DNA of 52,812 bases, taken from assembly GCF_006345805.1 (NCBI RefSeq), contig NW_021833905.1:1-52812 (forward strand), given 5' to 3'. The notes beneath the pieces were generated by a model that saw only the letters and a list, made by a program, of their open reading frames with translations, searched no databases and was not told the origin of the DNA. Position numbers and translations under genes: made by a program. The stretch comes from Octopus sinensis. Its lineage: Eukaryota. How positions within the stretch are numbered: the first letter of the stretch is position 1; every line of letters begins with the position of its first letter. Below are positions 35,085-49,100 of the stretch, one piece after another.

Positions 35085-35540
35085 TTTTCTACTCAAAGCA
35101 CAAGGCCAGAAATATTTTTGGGGGGGGCAAGTCGATTAGACCGACCCCTGTGCGTAACTGGTACTTTATTTATCGACCCCGAAAGGATGAAAGGCAAAGT
35201 CGAACTCGGCGGAATTTGAACTCAGAACGTAATGGCAGGCGAAATACCTGTTTATTTATTGCCCATAAGGAGCTAAACACAGAGGAGACAAACAAGGACA
35301 GACAAACGGATTATGTTGATTATACCGACCCCTGTGCGTAACTGGTACTTAATTTATCGACCCCGAAAGGATGAAAGGCAAAGTCGAACTCGGCGGAATT
35401 TGAACTCAGAACGTAGCGGCAGAGGAAATACCTATTTCTTTACTACCCACAAGGGGCTAAACACAGTGAGGACAAACAAGGACAGAAAACGGATTAAGTC
35501 GATTACATCGACCCCAGTGCGTAACTGGTACTTAATTTAT
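35085..35540 (-). mobile_element. Head-to-tail trimer of headless SINE family B units
   Basis: Units 35085-35248, 35249-35432 and 35433-35540 (truncated); both junctions fall directly after GAAATACC on the plus strand. Confidence 0.92.
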
Positions 35541-36317
35541 GAACCATTTGTGTTTCGCTTGGGTTCCGCATGCTTTAAATATCAACAACAACAATCAACG
35601 AGTCACAATCTCCGCTGGTTTGCTTCCTCGTCTCCACTCAACTGATGGACACAAGCAACGATTTCTTTACCGAATCCTTACTGACGACGAAGAATGGTGC
35701 CTGTACATCAATATGAAGCAGTGTAAAGAATGGCTTAACCCAGTAAACAAGCGACACCGCACGTGATCTTCATCCACGTAAAACAATGTTGTGCGTATGG
35801 TGGGACTGGGAAGGGATTATCCATTACGAATTGCATGAACGTAACCAAACGGTCAACGCGGATCTCTATGTTCAACAGATGGAACAACTCGACACGGCTA
35901 TTGAAGAGGAAGACCTAATCGGCAGCATGGAGTTCTGCTGTACGACAACGCCCGCCCTCATGTCGTCAATATGACCAAGGAAGCCATTCAAACGCATGAC
36001 GGGAAAGTGCTGCCCCACCCGGCGCACTCTCCTGATTTGGCACCAACAGATTTCCACCCCTTTCGATCTCTTTCAAATGCTATGCGCGGAGTTTCGTTCA
36101 ATACTGATGCAGAATTGAGAGCTTGGTTGGATCTATTTTTCGAGTCGAAATCGAGTGATTTCTACCAACGAGGTATTGAAAATCTTGCTGAACGTTGGGA
36201 AGAAGTTGTAAACAACAAGGGTGGATGCATTATTGATTAATTACATGTTACCTTTTATTAAACACTTTAAAATTTTAAATTTAAAAGAAACAGCGGGACT
36301 TAGTTGCCAAACCAATA
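35541..36317 (+). mobile_element. mariner (DD34D) transposon relic, 5'-truncated, mellifera-subfamily-like
   Basis: WVPHAL, ILTDDEEW, MLCVWWDWEGIIHYE, DNARPH…HSPDLAPTD (34 residues between D and D), stop at 36238-36240, and a right TIR whose reverse complement TATTGGTTTGGCAACTAAGT resembles mellifera-type ends. Confidence 0.93.
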
Positions 36318-37569
36318 CATCTTTAATCTCCAACACCTTTCGATGTTCACCATTACAACAAAACTCCTTCCTGAACAAAACGAGACACAAAACATCGTCG
36401 ATCTGAGCCTCAACATCCTGGATACAGGATTAAAGAAGCAAAAATGTCGACGATATTGCATTAGTTATTTAATTTCTATATTTGTTTCCATGGGTTAAAT
36501 GCAACCGTCATCAACCATATATTCGTTACGTTAATAAAATATAATTAATACATAATTAATCCGAGTGACGTAAGTAATTTTATCGAGAAGGAATTTTCAA
36601 ATACATTCAGTGTGTATAATTTTACAGTGCCAATCGAGTGAAGCAATATATCAGAAATACTAACATACATATCATATATTATGTATTATTTGTGTGCGTG
36701 TGTTTCTATACACACACAACTATATATAAATGCATACATATACACATATACACATATATGTATATATACATGTACACACACACATACACACAATCACATA
36801 TGTAAAATATATTATCAAGTGCTATAGTTTGACGTATTTTGTATAATCTATACACGTGTTTCAGTGACATTTACACACAGATTACATAAGGTTAAGATTA
36901 CTCAAAAATTATGTCCTACTTCAGCCAAGTCTCTTGTTACGTGAAACATGTAAAAGAAAAGAAAGCAGAAGAATATAAATATGTAGAACTCTCAGAATGA
37001 GAATATAATCCTAAAGTCAGCACCACCATCAAGCATTTGTGTCGAGTATAAAGCAATCTCGTATTTTCATCTGAAGAAGTTTACTGCCATTTCTCCCGTG
37101 ACAAGCCATTAAAAAATAATGATTTAAATGAAATTTGGCTGCTGTTTCTATGACACCGAGTAACCATAGAAAGGCTTCCTCTTTGGCACGTTAAGACGAA
37201 GTTTTATTATTATTATTTTTGCTTTTCAATGACTGTACAACTAACAGAATGGCTGAGAGAATTCACCAATAACAACATCGATTTCTGAAAGGGGAAAGAA
37301 GTAAAACCAAAAAAAAAAACACAAAAAATATATACAATAAAAAGCAGAGAGATTCATATAGATTATCAATTGAATTTTATAATATCTTCCTGCTAGGAAA
37401 TACATTAAATATTTATTACAGAACAAAGTTCCAATCGTCAGATGGTGTTGAAAATCGTATTCGAACAACAGATAAAACGGAACTACAATGGCGACATACA
37501 AACCTACACATCTGAACGCGTGCGAGACGCCACACTCTTCCACACACAGACATAAACACATACAGTAAT

Positions 37570-37626
37570 TTAACAATGCAACCATACATATATACGCATA
37601 TATATATATATATATGTGTGTGTGTG

Positions 37627-37670
<44 letters not shown>

Positions 37671-37820
37671 TGTGTATATATGCTTGTATCTATGCGCGTG
37701 TGTGTGTACGCCTTTGTGTATTTGTGTAAGTCATACTTAATTGTTTACGTATGTGTATTTCAGTATTTTGCACATTTTATCATATATTTTGTTACTTAAA
37801 AAGCATTATATATGTGTCTG

Positions 37821-37853
<33 letters not shown>

Positions 37854-38378
37854 ATCAAATATATATCTGTATATATAATATTATATATACATACACATAC
37901 ACACGCACACATATACACACACACACATATGTATATGTATAATATATACACATATTTATACATACATGTTCATGTATCTATGTACATATGCATGCGTTTG
38001 TTTCGTATAAAGTTTCCTTTTTCTGGGTATATGTTTGTATATTTTTTTCGTGTAGAATAAACTAATATAAAAAATATATCTTTTATAGTGAATTGTTAAT
38101 AAAACATATATTTTTCCTTTTTTTTATCTCATTTTCTTTTCTATTTAAAATATTTCTATAGCGAAAATAATAGCTACAATACACATCAGCAACTACAGTA
38201 TATAACATAAAGGCATATACACATACGTACACAAATGGCATCTAAGCATACATATATATACATACATGTGCATATACATATACATATATGCATATACCAA
38301 TATATATCGATCTGTATATATGTATATATATATATATATATTCACACATATATAGATGTACTCACACAAACATATATA

Positions 38379-38422
<44 letters not shown>

Positions 38423-38489
38423 TATATATATACATACATACATGTATATATATATATATAGATAGATAGATAGATAGATATGTATTATA

Positions 38490-38549
<60 letters not shown>

Positions 38550-38572
38550 ATATATATGTATATATGTATATA

Positions 38573-38606
<34 letters not shown>

Positions 38607-38690
38607 GTATTATATATATATATTTATATATGTATGTATGTCTCTCACACACACATATGTAAGTATGCGTGTATATACATACATATATAA
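37570..38690. repeat. (TA)n/(TG)n/(CA)n microsatellite blocks
   Basis: Direct inspection; a short AT-rich spacer lies at about 38000-38230. Confidence 0.85.
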
Positions 38691-39479
38691 AGTATTATTC
38701 AAAGCTGAATAGAGAAATCGCTAGAAGAGAGCGACGAACAAGAAAGTCAACAACAAAAACAACATCAACAACAATAACACTAATAGCAACAACATCATTA
38801 ACAACAACAACAAAAAGAAAAAAAGTTTTTACTAAACCTCTCTGTCCGTACTATAAAACCATAATTGGAAAAAAGAAATAAATAAATAAAAGAAAAACTG
38901 AAAATGGATAGAAATAAAATATAATAAAAAAAGTACATAAGAAACGAATTGAAAGAACAAACAAAATAAAACAAATAAACAAATATAATACTAAACCAAC
39001 ATAAAACAGACAAACATCGAAAAATCAATGAAATCAAGTTCTTTTGTCCAAATCCCATAAATGTGGTCACGTGACACTTTTCATGTTAATTGTATGTGAA
39101 AATCAGCAAGCGTCCATTAGAACAAAAAGGATTTTAAAATAGAGGTTGGTAAATCTGTTGAAATTGCACATAGTGAAGATTCTAATTTGGTATTGATTAA
39201 GTAAGTAACGCCAGGGCTTTTTGGCTTGAAAAATACTCAGTAATTAATCAATGAGAATAATTGACGATGACCTCGTTGTCGAGAATTTATTTCCATCAAC
39301 TTTTGCCAACCATCAATCGTACCATTAAAAACTATATCCGGATGAATTGTAATAAAAGGTTCATTCTATACAGACACATCACACACACACAGACATACAC
39401 ACACGTAAAACACGTTACACATACACAGATATATAATTGTGCGTGTGTGAGTGTGTTTCTATCTGTGCAATTATGTGTG

Positions 39480-39516
<37 letters not shown>

Positions 39517-40072
39517 TAGTGTATGTGTGTATGTGTGTGTGTGTATTCAATACGTTGGTAAAATTCAATATTCATCTGTAATGCGGCAAATATTGTGACG
39601 TATGTATGTCTGTGTGTATGTATACATATATGTGTGTATGTAGGCATGTATGTATTTATACATGTATGCATGTATGTGTGTGTGTATGTACATATGTACG
39701 TGTGTATGATTGTACGTTATGTGGCTGCGTATACGTGTAGAATGCATGTGTATATATACTATGTGTACACCATGTATATATGTATGTATTACGTCTATTT
39801 GTATATATATATATTTGCGTGCTTATGCGTTCCATCTACGTGTATGTTCATTTACGCATCGGTTACGTACGTTAACAGGCATACAGCTGAAGCATTTAAA
39901 TATATATATTTGTGTATGTAGTTTTTATCATCCATTATGTAAGCATGTATGTATGTACGTTTTATGTATGCATGTAAATATACGTGTGTGTCTGTGTCTG
40001 TATGTATGTACATATATATATAATGCAACATACACATACAAGCATTTATATTTGCATGTGTATTTGTACAAC

Positions 40073-40134
<62 letters not shown>

Positions 40135-40524
40135 CGCACTTCTATATAGCCATACAGTCAATTAGTCATACTCATATACTTTCATAAATACATACACACA
40201 TGCACACACATTCATCCATTCACGTTTGAACTGATACGGGTCACTTTTTAATCTCTTCCACCGAAGCTGAACAGGAAGACCGTCTTATCTTGTTTATATT
40301 TAGACACTTTTAAATAATAATAATTTTAATTTAATATTAATTACGTGTCTGTGTTCCACCACCGTCGTCGTCGTTGTTGCTGTTGTTGTTGTTGTTGTTG
40401 TTGTTAATGGTTTTGTATGATGACGTCATTGTTACTGAAACCTAGGGGTGCCAGGTGGTTTCAAGGTCTGTCAGCTTGGACCTTTTTACATTGTTGTTGC
40501 TCTTGATATTTTTGGTGGTGTTGC

Positions 40525-40556
<32 letters not shown>

Positions 40557-40920
40557 TTGGCAGTGGTGCTGGTGACGCTGGTAGGGTTTTCTTTTTACTT
40601 CTAAATAATACGATGAACCATGATCGGGATCTATATTGAAAAAGGACATTGCGCCGTCCATAATCACTTTTATATGATTGAGATTGGTTTATCAATTTCC
40701 AAAAGGATCCCGTTTACAAGTCTGAATTCCTCTTACTCTCCAGGAGACATCTGCAGCCGATATTACTTTAATATTTCAATGAATTTCCTCATAAAGCAGC
40801 GACTATACTGGGGAACCATGTCCGAAGGTTTTACCAAATCATAAACAAACGTATCTTATTTCAGCATCATCTATATTTCATCGGTCTCTATTCCTATCAA
40901 GTGTATTACGTCTCCTTGTC

Positions 40921-41322
40921 TAGTGGCTGTGTTGTAAGTAGCTTGTTTACCAACGACATGGTTCCGCGTTCAGTCCCACTGCGTGGCAACATGGGCAAGT
41001 GTCTTCTACTACAGCCTCGAGCCGACCAAAGTTTTGTGAATGGATTTGGAGGACGGAAACTGAAAGAAGCCCGTCGCATATATATGTATATGTATATGTG
41101 TGTATATGTTTATGTGTCTCTGTTTGTCCCCCTCCAACATCGCTTAACAACCGATGCTGGTGTGTTTATGTCTCCGTAACTTAGCGGTTCGGCAAAAGAG
41201 ATCGATGGAATAAGTACTAGGCTTATAAATAATAAGTCCTGGGCTCGATTTGCTCGACTAAGGCGGTGCTCCAGCATGGCCACAGTCAAATGACTGAAAC
41301 AAGTAAAAGAGTAAAAGAGAGA
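40921..41322 (+). mobile_element. SINE family A, near full length
   Basis: Head, core, internal repeat, second module and tail all present. Confidence 0.93.
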
Positions 41323-42489
41323 GTGTCTTATTGTCATACATCCCTATAGACATACAAACCCACTATATATCTATTCATACAAAGATATATATCTTATATA
41401 AGATATCTTATACAAAGACATAAATTATATGGGCTTCAACATAGTTTCTGCTTACTATAAACAGAAAAAGAGAAAATTACATAAAATACCCGGAAATTTG
41501 ACCGCTGTTTCCAATAATTATGAGTTTGAGAGAAACGGATTGCAATATTAAACTAACGTCTATCACTCGCTCATAAATGGGTCGGTCACCTGGTATTTAA
41601 TAGAATTCGAAAAAGAAGACCGTACGTGTGTGTGTGTGTGTGTGCATGTGTTTATGTGTACAAGTTTGTATGTATATATTTGTAAGTGTACACATACACA
41701 CACACATATATGTTCGAACGTTATAATGGATACAGATCATGTATCAATAGCTATCTTAAGGCGGTGGCCTCATGGAGCTGACCAGCGGCAGCGATTATTC
41801 TTATATCTATAAGAATGCCATATTAATATGGCGATAACAATTAATTTCCAGTAAACGCTGTCGTAATCTCTTTTATAGAGACTTAGTAATTTTAATATTT
41901 CTATTATATATATATATGTATACATATATATACATACATACACATACATATGGATAGATAGACACACACACACATATATATATATGTGTGTGTGTGTTTG
42001 TTTGTGTAAAGTGGGCTCGAAGGAGTATATTCTACACGAATGTGCACGTTATAGGTTTTGTAGCTCAGTGGTCAGTCATATTGACCTACAGATACAATCG
42101 TCACAGTTATTGACCATCGCACTGCTTTATCTTCCATTGTACTCAAATATGTTTAAACTAATATACCCTTTCTAGTCCCGAACCGGGTGCCTGTGATTTG
42201 CGAAGACAGATGCCGCATATTTTTGCTTATTTTCTTTAAGACGTTTTTGTGCTTTGCTGACTCAAAATTACAACTATAAGCATCATACGATATGTATATA
42301 TAATGCTTCATCTCTGTATGAAATTATGGAAACATATTGTCATGCAAAGGTCATTCGAGAGTAAAGAGAGAAACATAAAGATACAAATGAATTTTATCTC
42401 ATTCCGTATCTCATGGTTCTCGCTTGATTCAAATAAACGTCATGAAAGATATTACGCTCATCTCTCCTTCTCTTTCTTTCTGACTACCC

Positions 42490-42522
42490 ATCTCTTTATC
42501 TATCTATCTATCTATCTATCTA

Positions 42523-42612
<90 letters not shown>

Positions 42613-42895
42613 TCTGTCTGTCTGTCTGTTTATCTATTTATCTGTCTTTCTATCTATCTATCTATATACATATCCATCCATTTATCTATCTATTTTTCCT
42701 GTACACATACATGTATGTTTATATATATATATATATACATGTATACACACAAGTATATAAATATAGACAGATAGATAGATAGTCAGACAGACAGACAAAC
42801 AAAGAGGCAAGTGGACAGAGAGAGGGAGAGAGAGAGAGAGAGAGAGAGAAGACGACAGACAGACAGACACACAGATAGATAGAGAGATAGAAGGA
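42490..42895. repeat. (TATC)n/(TGTC)n/(AG)n compound microsatellite
   Basis: Direct inspection. Confidence 0.92.
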
Positions 42896-42899
42896 TGGA

Positions 42900-43157
42900 T
42901 TACTTTTTGGACCTTTTACCCTTCGAATGCTCTTTTACTGCAGCAGACCCCACATAGCTATTCCATGCTTTTTTTTTTTTTTTGAAAACCCCATTATATT
43001 TCTTCTAATTGGATACTAAGAATTAAATAAAAAATATTAAGAGATTTTGCTGATTATAGAAGTATAAAAAATTCATTGCAAATAAATTTTAACGAAAAAG
43101 TCTTATAATGTCCACGAAAGGTCATAAGGACCTCGGCTGAGAAACACTGATCTAGAT
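42900..43157. mobile_element. hAT (Charlie-like) MITE end
   Basis: Reverse complement of 43132-43149 is CAGTGTTTCTCAGCCGAG (hAT-type TIR), followed by the 8-bp ATCTAGAT matching the NTCTAGAN target preference; left end eroded. Confidence 0.5.
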
Positions 43158-43479
43158 TAACTAGAATTGCTGCAGCTTGGGTGTGACGTGTCAGCTTCTG
43201 GCTCTCTTTTTAAGGTTTATGGGTTATTCTGCATTCAACCGGGTTGAGTTTGCACTCACAAATGTTGAGTGTGTATTCCCACTATTTCATACGGATACGC
43301 ACCACCATAATACAATCTGATAAAGATGTATATTTTCATGACGAAGAATTAGAATTACGCCATCTTGGAAGCAAAAAAATATCGAAACGCTTCGTTTATA
43401 TATACATATACACGCATACAGAACAGGAATCATATACATTTATGCACTAGCTTATATACAGATATGCATACATGTACTT

Positions 43480-43560
43480 ATACACACACACACAGACATA
43501 TTTTTATGCGTATATATATATATTTATATACATATATATGTACATACATATGTATGTATG

Positions 43561-43605
<45 letters not shown>

Positions 43606-43924
43606 AATACATACATACATATATATATATATATGATATATATTATATATATATATATTTATATAAATATACATAGGTAGATAGATATGTGTGTATATAT
43701 ATCTATAACTATTCATGTGCATATATGAATGCATATATGTATGTATTGATGTATACGTATGTTTATTTTACTCATACATTATGCATACATATACACATAT
43801 GCATACTTAAATACATACATATGTAAATGTGTAGATATATATACATACATACATATACATATATATATAGATGCATATATATATAAATATATAATATATA
43901 CATACATATATATATATACATATA

Positions 43925-43967
<43 letters not shown>

Positions 43968-43980
43968 CATGAATATATTT
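43480..43980. repeat. (TA)n/(TACA)n block
   Basis: Direct inspection. Confidence 0.92.
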
Positions 43981-44176
43981 ACTTTCATTATCTTTCATTC
44001 TTTTGGCGCGGTGATTTATTTACCACTCGCTGATAGCTAACTACATTCTTCTATGATGGTCGAACTTTACTTATTTCCGTGCTATTTATTCCAGACAGCA
44101 GTATAGGAATCGCTTTAATTATCTTCTCCAACACTGTAAGAGAGAAAACCGTTCTGTATTGTACACGTGATCCCCT

Positions 44177-44179
<3 letters not shown>

Positions 44180-44253
<74 letters not shown>

Positions 44254-44288
44254 GTATCTATGTATCTATCTATCTATCTATCTATCTC

Positions 44289-44358
<70 letters not shown>

Positions 44359-44478
44359 CGTTTCTTTTTAGTTCATTTTGTTCATATGTGTGTATATTTT
44401 GTGTGTTATTTTGTGAATGTACCTACATGCAATTGTGCGTATATAAGTGTGTATGACTGAATATTTGGGCGTGTGTGT

Positions 44479-44524
<46 letters not shown>

Positions 44525-44940
44525 TGTGTCACTGAAAGACCTTCACCTCGTGTGATATTTAAAGATCGAAAATATCATTGAATAGACATACAAGAAATTG
44601 CTTGGTGACTGGGCTAAATGTATCTTTCTTTTTTTCGTGGTTTCTTCTCAGGTTTTTCTTCTTCTAAAATGCTCTGACAATATCATCATCATCATCATCA
44701 TCGTCATCATCATCGTCATTGTCATCGTCACCAGATGGACTTCGTCGTTGTTGTCGGCGTCCATGTAACCGTCATTTCTTCTTCTTCTTCTTCTTCTTCT
44801 TTTCTTCTTCTTCTTCTTCTTCTTCTTCTCCTCCTTCCTCGCAGTCGTCGTCGTCGCCATCCTCCTCTTCCTTCCCCCTCTATTATTCCTTCATCTTCTC
44901 ATATATATACCCATACATATTCTTGTGTATACACACACAC

Positions 44941-44979
<39 letters not shown>

Positions 44980-45000
44980 ACACACACACACATATATATA

Positions 45001-45040
<40 letters not shown>

Positions 45041-45070
45041 TATACATGTATATATATGTATCTATGAATT
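44180..45070. repeat. (TC)n,(TATC)n,(TG)n,(TCA)n,(TTC)n,(CA)n,(TA)n microsatellite cluster
   Basis: Direct inspection; source of the poly-S/K/R/M ORFs. Confidence 0.9.
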
Positions 45071-46059
45071 TATATACGCATGTATTTGTGAATACACGCT
45101 CATACAAACATATATATGCATATGTAATATGGACATACATATATATGCAACACTATTGATATATATGTGTGTGTTTGTGGATGTTTGAGGGTTTTAGTGT
45201 GTGTGTGTGTCTGCTTGTATTACAAAAGGGACGCACTTTCTATATGTGCGTATGTCTATATAAATGTGCATATATAAAATGTAAGAATGGTAAAGTTTAT
45301 GGTCTCAACACTGACAGTCTTTTGAGACGTTGTGACAAATACTTTCACAAACACCGTGAAATATTCATTCGCCTATCGGATGTGAATAGCCAACATGGAT
45401 GTTATTCCATTGAGGAGTGGAATGCTAACCGCTAGACGAGTGAGGCACCACTATTCTTGGTGACTGATCTACAAATTGATCAATCAGGTTCAAGCTATGG
45501 CGTGATATGCCTTTCTTGAATGTTATAAAATTTACGCTCCGTCACTATAAAAACTGTTTGGCGCTTAACTCATCACGCTATTGTGACGCTGGCCGGCTGA
45601 TTCACACAGAGGAACCTGAGACATTCGTGCAGCCAATTCCTTACTGGAAGAGACTTATTCTGAACATTCGCACTATTTCCTTTAAGTAAGTCTTACGGAC
45701 GTGAAGCTGTTCTTTCACTGCTCCAGAGTATTTGGTAACGTTGTGGATGGCAATTAGCCAACGCAATATCATTTCCGGGCTATAAATTTTACAATTAAAT
45801 GTTTGTATCATTGCTTCAATTATTATTCAGGCAGCTAAATACATTCCTTATGGAAACTTGCATAATATTGATAAAGCCATCCACTTCAACAATGGTGACT
45901 CAAACTCTCGAAACATATCTAAAATGACCAGCTCAAGTCAAGCAACAGGCAACCGTGTGACACTATAATATTACGTGGGAGAAGCGAAGAAATTTCAAGT
46001 ATCTAAATTTTCATATCTGTTACTGGACGAAATAATCTAACTAGATATTAAGCTTATAC

Positions 46060-46275
46060 ATGTGGTTAGAGCGTTGGTCTGACAATCGTGAGGTTGTAAA
46101 TTATATTCCTGTATTGGGTTGTGCGTTGTGATCCACAACAACACACTTTATTTCACGCTGCCCCAGTTAACTCAGCTGTAGATATGAGTTGCAACGTCAC
46201 TCTTGCCAAGCTGTAATGGCCTTTGCCCTTCCCTTGGATAGCAATGGCACTATACAGAGGGGAAGAATGTCGCCC

Positions 46276-46278
<3 letters not shown>
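46060..46278 (+). mobile_element. SINE family E, diverged
   Basis: CACTTTATTTCACG…CTCAGCTGTA…CCTTTGCCCTTCCCTTGGATAGCA shared with 19180-19480. Confidence 0.75.
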
Positions 46279-46330
<52 letters not shown>

Positions 46331-46364
46331 TGTATAGAAATTAAATATAAATTACAAAATGAGA

Positions 46365-46680
46365 CAAGAACGCAAAAACACACAAAGAGATGATACAAAA
46401 AAACAGACGGGTCATTCGAATCCTCTAATCTTCAGTCAGGAACCGGATCAGCTTAGCAATTTCGGATGATTAATCCTGATATCGCTCCGATCTCGCCAGC
46501 CCCAGAGAAAAACTAAGCTACGGGCATTAGATTTCTTGGAAAGAGGATCGAATGCATACGAAACAAGGACAGGATGCCACACGAATATAAATACAAGAAA
46601 CAAAAAATAGAAATAAAAAACAAGAATAGTAATAACAGGACAAAACAGCGGATGTCTTACGACTTCAGACAATTTTTAAC
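46365..46680 (-). mobile_element. Possible Penelope-like pseudo-LTR relic
   Basis: Purine-rich dispersed-repeat-like sequence flanked by (TA)n, with scattered hammerhead half-motifs; family assignment is from recollection only. Confidence 0.35.
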
Positions 46681-47198
46681 TTATCTTGGCTGGCGTATTT
46701 GAAAAATATATATATATATCAAAATAAGCAACAAGGACATCTAGCGGTAATGCAGTACGATCGTTTCATACAACTCCATTTAATTTAACAATGCAATCAT
46801 CACATCAATTTAAATGGAGAGTAATCTTCAGCTGCACAAAGACATGGAATTTAATTAAATTAAAGCAGATGGACGCATTAGTATAATTATACTTTGTCTC
46901 TCTCCTTAATTTATTGGAGATTTTAAGTATAATCATACTAATGTGTATCCATGTGTTTTAATTTAATTAAATTCTATGTCTTTTTGCAGTAGGAGATTGC
47001 CCTTCATTTCAATGGATGTAATGATTGCACTGTTCAATTAAATGGAGTTGCATGAAACGATCGTACTCCATTAACTCAGGATATCCTTCTTGCTTATTTT
47101 GATTTTAATCAACTTACTTTGAAATTGCATGGATAATACCGTTCTAAATTCTGGTGCCTCAAATAATTACCATATTCACCTGAACCTATGTGTGTGTG

Positions 47199-47229
<31 letters not shown>

Positions 47230-47809
47230 ATGTATTGGCTGCAGCTGGTCTTTCATGAACAGAATTGACTGGACTTGTGCAATCCCACAGTCATTCATGA
47301 TAGAATGTGGTCTCAACCCTTTACCATTAATGATCATTATGCTGTGAGTCACTCTAGATGAAGTCGGTATTTTCCCGGAGTATTATAGACTTGTGATTAG
47401 AATATCTCACGAAAGAATTACAGGGCGGTTTCCTGAAGCTGAGAGGACACTGGCAGGAGACGTAAGATTGGACCAAAAATAAGATGGTCACGTTTGATCA
47501 TATTTCTAAGCCCAACCGGGAAAAAATAGTGGCAGTTACTTTAGAACAAAGCGCGGAGCCAATGAACGGTTAATGGAGTTCGTGTCCCTGTGTGTTTTTC
47601 GCTACTGCTTATATGATGTGTCACACAGCCAAATTTTCAATTTTCTTGAAAACTCTATATACGAACGAGCAAAATGTCTTTCGTTTTAGGACATGTTTAA
47701 CTACAAAAATATGTAGTCTTCTGTGAAAGATGCCTTCAATATAAATATCTTTGTGACATTTCTAAGTAATTTCCAGCCTGGGGAGAGCCGTGTATTCTGG
47801 TAGTATATA

Positions 47810-47864
47810 CATGCATACATACATACATACATACATACATACATACATACATACATACATACAT

Positions 47865-47903
<39 letters not shown>

Positions 47904-48106
47904 AACAAACACAAACACACACATATACACACATATATATATATATATGTAATATACATGCATATGTATATGTGTGTATACATAATATCTATATATATAT
48001 GTGCATATATATGCATATATATATATATATATATCTTTATATATATATATATAAACACATATATATATATATCCATATATATGTATATATATACATATGT
48101 ATGTAG

Positions 48107-48162
<56 letters not shown>

Positions 48163-48260
48163 GATAATATTTTGTGCATGGATATAACCACATATACACA
48201 TATATTTCAATTAATATGCATATATAAACATATATGTGTGTGTGTGTGTGTATGTATGAA
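47810..48260. repeat. (TACA)n-(CA)n-(TA)n block
   Basis: Direct inspection. Confidence 0.92.
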
Positions 48261-48684
48261 TGCCATGTGTTTCTATATACACAGTAATATATATTGTGTG
48301 TGTAATATTAGTAAGAGAGCATACAATAGAACCCCCGGATCCATTTGCTGTGTGTATGCGATATCTTTAATCAACCTGCCTCAGCCATCAACATTCCTTG
48401 TTTCCAGGCAATGCTGTCCTAATTCTGCATTTAATAGTTTTGTTTTAAGAGAAACATGTCTTTTATTGACGAGTATATTTAGTTACACAAACACCCGTCT
48501 GCGATCTCCTGTCTTTCCCCCAGCCCTTATCTTCACCTATGTACGTTATGTGCTTCCACTGCGATATATTTAAGAATCGTCTGTCCATCCCGGCCCCTTC
48601 AAGATTAACTCTTACCGATTCCAAAGATAAACTAGAATGTCGCCTAGTTCATATGACGGATTTGATTACACACACACACACACA

Positions 48685-48726
<42 letters not shown>

Positions 48727-49047
48727 TGCATGTATGTAATGATGATTGTATAATTATAAATGTATGCACACACGTCCGCACTCTCGAATGATCGCGCATA
48801 TACAAAGAGTAAGCAGCAAAGAGGAGAGAGAGAGAGAGAGAGGGAGGGAGGAAGAGAGACATAGTTGTGGATATATAGAGAGGGAGCTACAAGGAGGCGA
48901 GAGAGAGAGAGATAGAGAGAGAGACGGTGGTGCGTATCAACTTACACCCTCTTAATATAGTGTTAAGAGCACTTAGAGAAAACAAATACTTAAATGAAAG
49001 ATAAATAGATACTCACCTCCCCCAAACACACGAAACTACACATGCAA

Positions 49048-49100
<53 letters not shown>

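Noticed and set aside
35085-35540. CRISPR-like or satellite interpretation of the tandem units
   Set aside because: Units are about 184-bp SINE bodies with no unique spacers, in a eukaryotic context.
39066-39075. Palindromic E-box GTCACGTGAC
   Set aside because: A single 10-mer with no supporting promoter context.
47310-47575. Possible piggyBac-like MITE (…GGTTAA end)
   Set aside because: The left flank is TCAA rather than TTAA and the putative TIRs match poorly.
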